A DNA stretch of 64,000 bases from Cenarchaeum sp. (GTDB taxonomy: Archaea; Thermoproteota; Nitrososphaeria; Nitrososphaerales; Nitrosopumilaceae). The position numbers and the translations under genes were made by a program. Below are positions 20,001-27,713 of this stretch, one piece after another; position 1 is the stretch's first letter; the number at the start of each line of letters is the position of its first letter. Location: NCBI GenBank assembly GCA_965212015.1, contig OZ243037.1:992001-1056000 (forward strand), read 5' to 3'. Under the pieces are notes generated by a model. That model was not told where the DNA came from. It ran no database searches and worked only from the letters and a program-made list of their open reading frames with translations.

Positions 20001-23000
20001 TCAGATCCGGTCGGGCGGCCAACGGTCAGGTCAGAGAATACCGGGGGTTTCGTGATGCTTCCCAGGAGAAACGGACTGCCTAGCTCGTACCCGAATATGC
20101 GGTCGTTTTGGGCGCCTGTCATGTACATGTACCGGCCGTCACTTGAAAAGTCCAGTCCTTCCGGGAAACTATCCGGAAGCCTGCCGGTGGCGGGAAAACT
20201 GCGGTCGGGGTCGGTGGGGGAGGACGGCATTGCATAGGGGGCATCGAGGATATACTCGTGTATGCGGTCGTTTTGGGTTCCAATTATAAACATGCGCTGG
20301 CCGTTATTTGAGAATTCCACCCCGTTGGGCGAATTATCTGCAGAACCCACAAAGAACTCTGCGGTGAAATCATCGGACCTGCTCGATACGTCAAAGGCCG
20401 TACCGAGGTCATACTGGAGTATGCGATCATTCGTACCGGTCTCGACTACAAACAAGAGCGTGCCGTTACTGGAAAATGCCAGATCGGTGGGCAGGGAGTA
20501 GGTGCCGGAATGCGAGGTTGTGGGCGCATAGTCAATCGATGGCGGAGTAAGTATCAGGTTGACAGAATAGTCGTTCGATGCCGTATTGCCGACGTTTATT
20601 GCGTTCTGGGCCGCACCTGCCGGAATCGATACGGTAATGATGGCGTCGGTGGCCCCGCGAAGCACGTCAAAGTCAAACACGGTATTATCATCGGTTCTAA
20701 AGTTTGATACCACGTGAACGCCCGTGCTGCTCGATATTATAATATCGGATGCCTCCAGTCCCGACACCGACTCGCTGAATGTGGCGTTAAACGCTGCAAT
20801 GCCGTCGACTGTGGCATCCTCCGGGGTGGCGCTGTTGATTGTTACCGTGGGTGTGATGATCTCGGGAAGGGAGAACCCAAAGACGTTATCAACAGCTCCG
20901 GTAGCGCTAGAGCCGAGTGTAAACATGTGCTGGTTGTCAGCTGTTATACGCAGGCCATTGACGTTTCCGGTCTGGGGGTGAAAGGAAACAGAGTTGTCCA
21001 CATACGTTACACCGGAGAGGATTGAGAACGGGGCGCCCAGCGCATACTCGTGGAATCTGCCGGCGAATCCTCCAATGACAAACATGGATGTGCCATCGGA
21101 GCGAAATGCCAGATCGTTCGGAAAAGTCAGGTTACGCGGCTCTGCATCGATCAGATCGACGGCGGCGCCGCTGGAGGATACGTCAGAAAGGGAAAAGGGG
21201 ACGCCCAGCGCAAACTCATAGACGCTAATATCGGAAGTAGCGCCGCCAAGGACGAACAGCTTTGTGCCGTCAGATGAAAGGGTAAACCCGACTATGCCCC
21301 CATCTATGCCGGTCAGCCTGTGCGAGTTTACCAGCGAGAGGGATTCCACATCATAGGGCGAATCCATGCTGTATTCATGGAGGGATCTGGGGGTTCCCAG
21401 CACAAACATGGTGCGTCCGTCGTTTGAGAATTCCGCATCCGACGGCTCTGTAGTCCCCGGCAGTACGGCCACGGGGCCGCGCACAATGTCGCTGTTGGGG
21501 TTGCCCGTCGTGTTTGCAAAGACAAACGGCGTTCCGCTGGTAGAGTATGTGGTGATATCGCGATCATTGGCCTCCATTATGAACATGAGCGTGCCGTTCC
21601 TTGAAAAGTCCACGTTGCGCGGAGTGTCACCTGCCGTCGACCTCTCAAAGGTCTGGTCAAATACGAGCGTGTTGTTCAGGGTAAGTGTCCTGACGTCATC
21701 CACTATGCGGAGTGTTACGGGTTCGACGTCCGTATTACTTGGACCTGTGGCAACGACGTTAAATTCAACGTTCCCGACGGTATCTGGCGTCCATGTGAAC
21801 GCGCCGCCGGGCGTTATCGCGGCGGATGCCGGCGCGCCGTCGAGTGCAAGGGTTGCCGACCGGCCCGATACCAGGCCGAACTGCAGCGAGATCGGCCCAT
21901 CCACCACGTATTGGTGCGATATTACCGGCAGTATGATTACGGGCGGCAGTCCGGCGGCAAATGTGGCCGTACGAACTTCGGATGCCGCATTGCCGTGTGG
22001 AGTGCGATCCACATCAACGGCGGCGCCCTCCGGAATGCTCACATTTATTGTGCCGTCCGTGCCGTTGCGCTGCACATCAAAGGTGAATGTGTCTGCCTGG
22101 CCGGTGGCGGGCAAAAGATTCGACGCCTTGTGGGTGCCGGCAGGTGCGGTGCTAACCACGGTAATCTCGTCTACTGAAAATTGCGTCACGGGCTCGCTGA
22201 ACTCGGCCATAAACCGTATGGTCTCCAGGTTGGCGGTCCCCTCGTGTTCCACATCATCACTGGTTATGGTCACGGTGGGCGTGGTGACAAATGTAAAGGA
22301 GTACGGGGCAGTTGACTCCTCATTGAGGTTGCCTTGCAGATCCGTGAACGCACCGGCGTCAATGCGTATGATCAAGTTAGCTTCGATGTCTTCGCTGTCT
22401 ATCTGAAAGCTGTATACGAGGTTGTTTACCCGGGCAACGTTCGTTGCCATGTGGACTCCGGGGGGGCCGACGAAGGTAATGTCATCTTCTGTAAACGTGC
22501 TTGCGACTATGCGCTCGCTGAACTCGGCCCTAAAAGTGGCCACATCCAAGGTCGTCTCGCCGCGATCCTCCACGTCGGTGCTGGTGATTGTGACTGTGGG
22601 CGGGGTCTCATCAAGGACCAGCTGGACAACAGGCGCATCGTCAAACTCGAGCCTGTATGACGTAAACACCGTCACATCAACAGGGTCGTCTGCAAACCTT
22701 ACATCAAACGTTATTACTTCAAATCCGATAACGTCATTCGTGCCGGGGGCTATTTGGTAATGGGTGGCATTGAGCCTGGTTGCAGTGATGTGAGAGTTAT
22801 CCCGGGCGCCACTACCGTCCTCGGGCAGCTGAACGTTACTGATCGTAACATGCTCCACAAAGGCGGCATCCCCCCTGGCGACCAGATCTGGAAGATTTAG
22901 GAGGAACGGCTCAAATCCGGGTGTCAAAAAGAGCCGGCCTACCGGGGATTGTGGAAATCCCAGCGGTACGGTTCCGGCAGGATCCGACTCGAATCGGAAT

Positions 23001-25609
23001 AACAGTTGTTCGCTTTGGGGCAGATTTACCCCGTCATCCAGGGCAAAGGTAAACCTGGTCTGGCAGTTACACCCGGGACCGGGGGGCGTTACGATGAGAC
23101 GATCGCCCACTATATTGGCGGATAACGCCTGGTTGCTCTGGCCCGTTATGGTAACATCAAGGCGGGGCCTGCTGTTGTCATTATCCACAAACAGGTCATT
23201 CAGTGGGATGGCAAACCGGTCATTGACGGCGTTGCGCGGTCCAAACTTCAGGCCACTATGCAGTTCCCCGGGTGCCGCGTCGGTGTTACGGGTGACAATT
23301 GTGTAATTGACTATCAGGCTGTCGTGGACCAGCGGAATGATATCTCCCACAACGACCCCCGTGGACGGGATTATTGTCGGACCGTGCAGGACGGCAGTGA
23401 ACGTTACAGAATCCGTGGGGGTTGTAAAGTCGGATGTCGGATTATACGATATGGACCCAGAGCCGTTGGATGGGAATACTCTAATCTGGACTGTGGTCCC
23501 GTTCGAGGTCAGCTCGGGAACAAGGGTGGCGGGATCGGTCTGGTTGATTCGAATCTCCCCCGTTGCATCCGCATTGTCGGCAGTTATTATAATGTGGTTA
23601 AACGCCACCCTCGGGTCTATGGCAAAGTCGTCCCAGTTCAGGACGACATCCTCAGCCAAAAGGCCATGGTTTACATTAATTGAGGAGTCCAGGAATATGC
23701 CGGACTCGGTCGTCTCTATGTCCCGCACTGTAACCGTTATAGTCTCACAGGTGATAGCGTTTGGCACGCCCGTGGCCTGGCTTTCGGCGCACAGCTTGGC
23801 GGCCACTATGCCTGATGATACCGGGTCTATGGACAGTATATCTCCTGTAATGCTCAAATCTACGATTCCGGGATCCAGGTTGGTCACAGTGTATATGATG
23901 TCATCGCCCTCCGGATCCATAAAAAATTCGTTCAACATTACCGTCATGTCCGCATCCGAGGAATCAACTATGTATCCTGCCGTCAGGTTGGATATGGGGG
24001 CCGCATCGGTCTTGTTTACAGTTATATCAAATATGCCAGAGAACATGCTTCCGTCCTGTAAGGCAAACGTATAGGTTATCGGGATGGGATCCGACTGTAT
24101 GCCGGTGGTCACAAATGTGTCGGATATCGTGTGTCTTGTTCTTTCGTCCGTTTCTTCGTCTATCGTCTGGCTGACTATCTGAAATCCATTTATGAATATT
24201 ACACCTGTGGTGTCGTTAAACTGCAGAGGGTCGGCACCACTCGCTACAAGTTCTTGTATCGACTGTAGATCCAGGTTTTCTAGGTCTACCACCCTAGAAA
24301 AATTAATTACACTTAGCGGTATTCCCAGCTCGCCGGTTACCACCGGAATAGTGCCCCTGTCGATGGGGGATTCGGTATGGGAGAGGATATACAATAGCAG
24401 GGAATTCAGCGTCTGCCCCTCGTTTATCGTCTGATCCGGGATGCTCCTGATCACAACGGGCGGGAGGGTAACTGCCTGGGTAAAAGTGGCGGTAAACGGA
24501 ACGGACGCCGAACTGCGGTGACTATTCGCACCCATTGCCGCGCCTTCGGGAATCGATACGGTCACAGTGCCAGCGATGGATCCAACACCGACGACAAACG
24601 TGTACTTGGAGGGGTCGGTAGGGTTTGCCGTAAATTCCGATATTATTAGATTGCCGTCGGTTGCGGTACCCGTCAACACAATATCCTCTTCAACAAATCC
24701 CGTCACATCCTCGCTGAATTGGACGTTAAATGTTATGGCTGGCTCGGCCGTGGATGCGCCGTTTGCCAGATTGCCCCCGGCATCGGCGGTAATTCTCATC
24801 GCGGTGGGCAGGGTAAAGGGCTCGGGAAGCGCATACTGGAGCATGCGATCACCGCCGGAGGTATCCAAAAGATACATGGTCCTACCGTCGGTTGAAAAGT
24901 CCATGCCGCGTGCATTAACAAATGGTATGAGGGAGGTAAAAGTATCAACGGGTGTTGAGCTGGTACCGTTCAGGTGAAATGGCGTACTTAGGGCATACTG
25001 GCTAACCGTAGTACCAAAAAAAGTAAACAGCCTTGTGCCGTCATTGGAGATTGACACGCCCTGCCCCATATGGCCCGTGTCAAACGTGCCGTGAAAGCTA
25101 ACGTCGTCAGTTATATCAAAGGGGTTTTCGAGCCGGTATGAAACGACACCATTATCGCGTCCAAGAAATATCCAGTTACCGCCCCTAGAGATTCCACCAT
25201 CAAAATTCCCGCCATCACAGCAGTCTGGGGGATCAATTAAGAGGGTAAGCTCACCAGTCATAGGATCTGCCGGTAACGTGATAACGCGGGATTGAGATCC
25301 GCTGCTGACTAGAAATACTGTGGCACCGTTATTGTGAACCATTACGCCCTGTGCATTATTCGTAGGAGGGTCAAAACGCTGCATTATGCCCGCATCGACG
25401 ATGCTGGTTATATCAAAGGGGGTAGTGAGCGTGAATCTGGTAAGCTCGCTAGGTTCTGCGACATACACTCTCAGTCCGTCGTTGGATATTGTCATTCCCA
25501 CGGGAAGTCCTGCGGGCGCTATACTGACGGGAAACTGTGCGTGAGCCGAAATGGGGATTAAAACCAACAATGGCAATAGGAAGGCTGCTACCAGCATGCT
25601 CTTTTGCAT
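17093..25609 (-). CDS. giant secreted surface protein B (2838 aa), paralog of 7129-14358 with an extra block of about 620 aa
   Basis: Signal peptide MQKSMLVAAFLLPLLVLIPISAHAQ; same propeller/Ig/cadherin-like architecture; 17218 to about 22270 collinear with 7176 to about 12230. Confidence 0.9.
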   Translation of the reverse strand: MQKSMLVAAFLLPLLVLIPISAHAQFPVSIAPAGLPVGMTISNDGLRVYVAEPSELTRFTLTTPFDITSIVDAGIMQRFDPPTNNAQGVMVHNNGATVFLVSSGSQSRVITLPADPMTGELTLLIDPPDCCDGGNFDGGISRGGNWIFLGRDNGVVSYRLENPFDITDDVSFHGTFDTGHMGQGVSISNDGTRLFTFFGTTVSQYALSTPFHLNGTSSTPVDTFTSLIPFVNARGMDFSTDGRTMYLLDTSGGDRMLQYALPEPFTLPTAMRITADAGGNLANGASTAEPAITFNVQFSEDVTGFVEEDIVLTGTATDGNLIISEFTANPTDPSKYTFVVGVGSIAGTVTVSIPEGAAMGANSHRSSASVPFTATFTQAVTLPPVVIRSIPDQTINEGQTLNSLLLYILSHTESPIDRGTIPVVTGELGIPLSVINFSRVVDLENLDLQSIQELVASGADPLQFNDTTGVIFINGFQIVSQTIDEETDERTRHTISDTFVTTGIQSDPIPITYTFALQDGSMFSGIFDITVNKTDAAPISNLTAGYIVDSSDADMTVMLNEFFMDPEGDDIIYTVTNLDPGIVDLSITGDILSIDPVSSGIVAAKLCAESQATGVPNAITCETITVTVRDIETTESGIFLDSSINVNHGLLAEDVVLNWDDFAIDPRVAFNHIIITADNADATGEIRINQTDPATLVPELTSNGTTVQIRVFPSNGSGSISYNPTSDFTTPTDSVTFTAVLHGPTIIPSTGVVVGDIIPLVHDSLIVNYTIVTRNTDAAPGELHSGLKFGPRNAVNDRFAIPLNDLFVDNDNSRPRLDVTITGQSNQALSANIVGDRLIVTPPGPGCNCQTRFTFALDDGVNLPQSEQLLFRFESDPAGTVPLGFPQSPVGRLFLTPGFEPFLLNLPDLVARGDAAFVEHVTISNVQLPEDGSGARDNSHITATRLNATHYQIAPGTNDVIGFEVITFDVRFADDPVDVTVFTSYRLEFDDAPVVQLVLDETPPTVTITSTDVEDRGETTLDVATFRAEFSERIVASTFTEDDITFVGPPGVHMATNVARVNNLVYSFQIDSEDIEANLIIRIDAGAFTDLQGNLNEESTAPYSFTFVTTPTVTITSDDVEHEGTANLETIRFMAEFSEPVTQFSVDEITVVSTAPAGTHKASNLLPATGQADTFTFDVQRNGTDGTINVSIPEGAAVDVDRTPHGNAASEVRTATFAAGLPPVIILPVISHQYVVDGPISLQFGLVSGRSATLALDGAPASAAITPGGAFTWTPDTVGNVEFNVVATGPSNTDVEPVTLRIVDDVRTLTLNNTLVFDQTFERSTAGDTPRNVDFSRNGTLMFIMEANDRDITTYSTSGTPFVFANTTGNPNSDIVRGPVAVLPGTTEPSDAEFSNDGRTMFVLGTPRSLHEYSMDSPYDVESLSLVNSHRLTGIDGGIVGFTLSSDGTKLFVLGGATSDISVYEFALGVPFSLSDVSSSGAAVDLIDAEPRNLTFPNDLAFRSDGTSMFVIGGFAGRFHEYALGAPFSILSGVTYVDNSVSFHPQTGNVNGLRITADNQHMFTLGSSATGAVDNVFGFSLPEIITPTVTINSATPEDATVDGIAAFNATFSESVSGLEASDIIISSSTGVHVVSNFRTDDNTVFDFDVLRGATDAIITVSIPAGAAQNAINVGNTASNDYSVNLILTPPSIDYAPTTSHSGTYSLPTDLAFSSNGTLLFVVETGTNDRILQYDLGTAFDVSSRSDDFTAEFFVGSADNSPNGVEFSNNGQRMFIIGTQNDRIHEYILDAPYAMPSSPTDPDRSFPATGRLPDSFPEGLDFSSDGRYMYMTGAQNDRIFGYELGSPFLLGSITKPPVFSDLTVGRPTGSEITDDGSILYVLDEQGRNGFRNLFVYSLGTAHDVSDLTLLETRPLAGVQLTEMEFGSDSRILYVTERTGNGILAFAVNTALPELGDLNFGFTEDSDVSELAPVPGSDDDPGAVLEYSLSNHPGWLSIDSATGQLSGIVPQDNSPLFDSMDTPARCFTQGSVEFTVTVSDDGFDADNTDDVSRDYTVSVFNNARSPNDLPSNVNNMDIPLARTATQLDLSLYTSDTDAEDTLTYSFAGLAGNAITPDSLAIDSDTGIATFTSTGNTGTATIDYLVCDGSHLSSLQVTTASATQPSILFADITQRVLVGHNSFISAQEFLESVTFDNPNGEALFFPEFQLPSPPGFPHHNPGNGARESAQRGFYPVQGTLDGDETLASRNFIGNQTWNFIVELRATAESVTNNPNDQAIDANGVETGDAVVDDVVERATNLYTLTTFAPTVGNFSAVYSPGDTVDISFPITPDNVNYDLVLDAEAEEMLATLGLSHGNIINRNPADLRLSGTIPLDLVPSTGATVDYTIEYTALLRPGVSTITFPGTLNIRVSDVITLDVAALETFSIPASSLGAPDNATFTGATYAPELTGAGDDGEGNDLFELMVVDVEGVQTVSLASTADEDYVCSDLADQMLTITTTTTGEDGSTAVTVTTIVFEPCSGGGDDDTQWRTKPTFGKSYTTGQKIVDCGYSMDNVCRDVTDYHVDYKRNTIETDSLHDFALTAYAQNGLRSFNIGFGMPGIGSPLNAAEAQINVNLIRDYSINSTYMIDSVEYSNENRVIGEDATFEISRVKCLPTDENNLCVRLNIDGVLFRETLYDEPFAINALDSKRRGTTHYMNEGLLVYGDSLNVPPTHELSERHSNQGDAVKLHLTRTDKLADVWTDQLGHQWTKNAFGTWSYVDAPPVDMSSACTDEDNRACDAFAQKRDAHIIQMEELRDFYYGGIYTVPAFDDLETTVSIHNADGDSREAFLVLHGMQDP
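17218..22270 (+). repeat. direct repeat of about 5 kb matching 7176 to about 12230 (3' halves of the two giant genes)
   Basis: Long near-identical stretches at an offset of about 10040 bp, e.g. AATCACGCAGCTCCTCCATCTGAATAATG at 7176 and 17218. Confidence 0.95.
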
Positions 25610-25642
25610 ATACCACCCCCCCCCCCCAATTGCTTATAAAAG
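25610..25642 (-). promoter_or_regulatory. TATA box plus G12 homopolymer spacer of giant gene B
   Basis: Minus strand CTTTTATAAG-CAATT-G12-TGGTAT-ATG; C run at 25616-25627 on the plus strand. Confidence 0.8.
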
Positions 25643-26584
25643 TATGCTGTCAAAAAAATGATCGGTTTGGACATTAAAGCCAATTCATGATCCGGGGTTC
25701 ATGGATTCCGGGCCGCCGCCCTCCCACATTATGATCCAGTCCGATCCGCACCATATCGTGCCTGTACATAATACCTTGGCGCCGCCATGGCATTTTACGG
25801 GCATTATCGCGGAAAACGGCGATCCGCCGCCTGAGAGTCGCGTTTCGGATCTGCCATTGGGCGCGGATGCGACGGAATATCAGATCCAGAATCCGATGGA
25901 TGCTGCCTGTTTAATCCCGTACAAATATCACGCCGGAATCGTGCTCCCCGCCTGCCAGTCCGCGCATTGCCGTGGTCATGCCATCCCCGCAAAAGGATTC
26001 AAATCGCACAATTTCACCCGTAACTGCCAGTCCCGTCGCCATTCCGGAATCCGCATCCACTGCGGCGTGCAATTTCCTGTTTTATCGCGCTTTGCATCCG
26101 GCAACTGCCTGTCACCATTCCGGTACTGTCGCGATTGTACCGTGAATTTTCCCCCGGCAGGGGCCAAATCCGGCGCGATGCCGCCTGCGGAATGCGACGG
26201 CACTGCAGGACGGCGGTTCTGCACGCTTGTGCCTGCCGATATGCACCGGGACGATCTAGTCGGAATACGAGTCCGTCTTTTCCGTTCATGCCGCGATCCC
26301 CATCTGGTTATTCCAGGGCACGTTTGTCGATGCGGATCGGCGGCATTGTCATGATCCAAAGCTCCCGGTCTTGCTGTGCGGACAAACGGCCCAGATTTGT
26401 CCATGTGGAAAAATCAGGCAGCCTGTGACAGGGCATTCCTTCTTTGATCATTAAAGGCACACTCGTGATCCAAATGTATGGCCGGATCCGCAGTTCGGAT
26501 GGGATTAGGCGACGGCCGGGTTTTTCATTCGTGTCGGCCCGGTACTGTACGATCAGGGGCAGGCGGTGCCGGCTTTGCAAAAAG

Positions 26585-26659
26585 TGGGCCTGAAGAGCTT
26601 CGATCTCTTGACCATTGGATTAGAAGTCCAACACTCTATCCATGCTGAGCTACAGGCCC
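26585..26659 (-). tRNA. tRNA-Arg(UCU)
   Basis: GGGCCTG TAGCTCAGCATGGATAGAGTG TTGGA CT-TCT-AA TCCAA TGGTC AAGAG ATCGAAG CTCTT CAGGCCC A folds as a cloverleaf. Confidence 0.93.
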
Positions 26660-26753
26660 ACAAAAATTTTGATGGCCGCTTCCATTTTAAGGGTTTAGAA
26701 GCATCCGGCATGATACCACAAAAGCATTAAGGGGCCATACGCGGGGTTTTGTC

Positions 26754-27632
26754 ATGCGTCCGGATCAAATAATCTGCGGGGACAATGCGGAGGTATTGTC
26801 CGGGATGGACGGCGATACGGTGGATCTCACCATAACGTCGCCCCCGTACAGAAACGCCATAGACTACAACCTGCACGCACAGCACGGCCACGATCCGGAA
26901 AAGAACTATCGCGGCAAGCTCACCATTACGGTTCCCCAATACATCGCAGACATGGGCCGCATCTTCGGCCAGGTGCACAGGGTGACCAAGCCGGGGGGCT
27001 ATTGCTGTATAGTGATAGGAAACGAGATAAACCACGGGACGCTCGAGCCCCTGCCCGCGCTGCTCGCAGCAGAGCTGTACAAGCAGGGGTGGTTCCTGCA
27101 CGAGGAGATAGTCTGGCACAAGGTGACCGGCGGGGCAAACAGGGCCGGAAGCTTTGTCCAGCGGCCGTATCCCACATATTTCAGGGCAAACATAATGCAC
27201 GAGACAATCCTGGTGATGAGAAAGGGTGAAAACCGCCTGAGAAAGACGCAGTGCGCGTTTGCAGAGATCAACCAGGATGTGACGTGGAAGGAGATTGTAA
27301 ACTCTGTATGGCATATCGCCCCGGTGCCCCCCAGATTCCTGAACCATCCGTGCCCGTATCCAGAAGAGATACCGTACAGGCTGATAAACCTCTACTCAAA
27401 CGAGGGCGACCTGGTGCTAGACCCGTTCAACGGGGCCGGCCAGACCACAAAGGCCGCCAGATACCTGCAAAGGAGGTTTTTGGGAATCGACATACAGGAG
27501 AGCTATGTGAGATACGCAAGGGAGCGCCTCGGCGAGGAGCCGCACATCAGGGACGAGTCGCTCACGCTAGAGTTTGAGCGGCAGGGCGGATCCATTCCAA
27601 AGTGGAAGAAAATCCCCACAAAAAGGGTCTAG
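26754..27632 (+). CDS. orphan beta-class DNA methyltransferase (probably m4C)
   Basis: TSPPY motif IV precedes HPCPYP and VLDPFNGAGQT motif I; no adjacent endonuclease. Confidence 0.9.
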   Translation: MRPDQIICGDNAEVLSGMDGDTVDLTITSPPYRNAIDYNLHAQHGHDPEKNYRGKLTITVPQYIADMGRIFGQVHRVTKPGGYCCIVIGNEINHGTLEPLPALLAAELYKQGWFLHEEIVWHKVTGGANRAGSFVQRPYPTYFRANIMHETILVMRKGENRLRKTQCAFAEINQDVTWKEIVNSVWHIAPVPPRFLNHPCPYPEEIPYRLINLYSNEGDLVLDPFNGAGQTTKAARYLQRRFLGIDIQESYVRYARERLGEEPHIRDESLTLEFERQGGSIPKWKKIPTKRV

Positions 27633-27713
27633 CGGTGTGAGGCGGCATCAAGACTCGGGTTAGCTTATAGCTACCCAATCTTTTTAATTCGGACTAGCTG
27701 AATCAAGGCCGGA

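Noticed and set aside
11330-24074. Long plus-strand ORFs (e.g. 11330-12367, 21366-22406, 23307-24074)
   Set aside because: Antisense shadows of the giant genes caused by codon bias
7129-25609. Diversity-generating retroelement (TR/VR pair) explaining the paralog differences
   Set aside because: No reverse transcriptase in the window, differences are not adenine-specific, and both copies are full ORFs
25701-26580. ORFs of 62-217 aa in the intergenic region
   Set aside because: No recognisable motifs, atypical composition, and mutually overlapping on both strands; likely spurious
6960-26585. Genomic island integrated at the tRNA-Arg 3' end
   Set aside because: No duplicated tRNA 3' end or integrase was found, and core-like genes lie inside the interval
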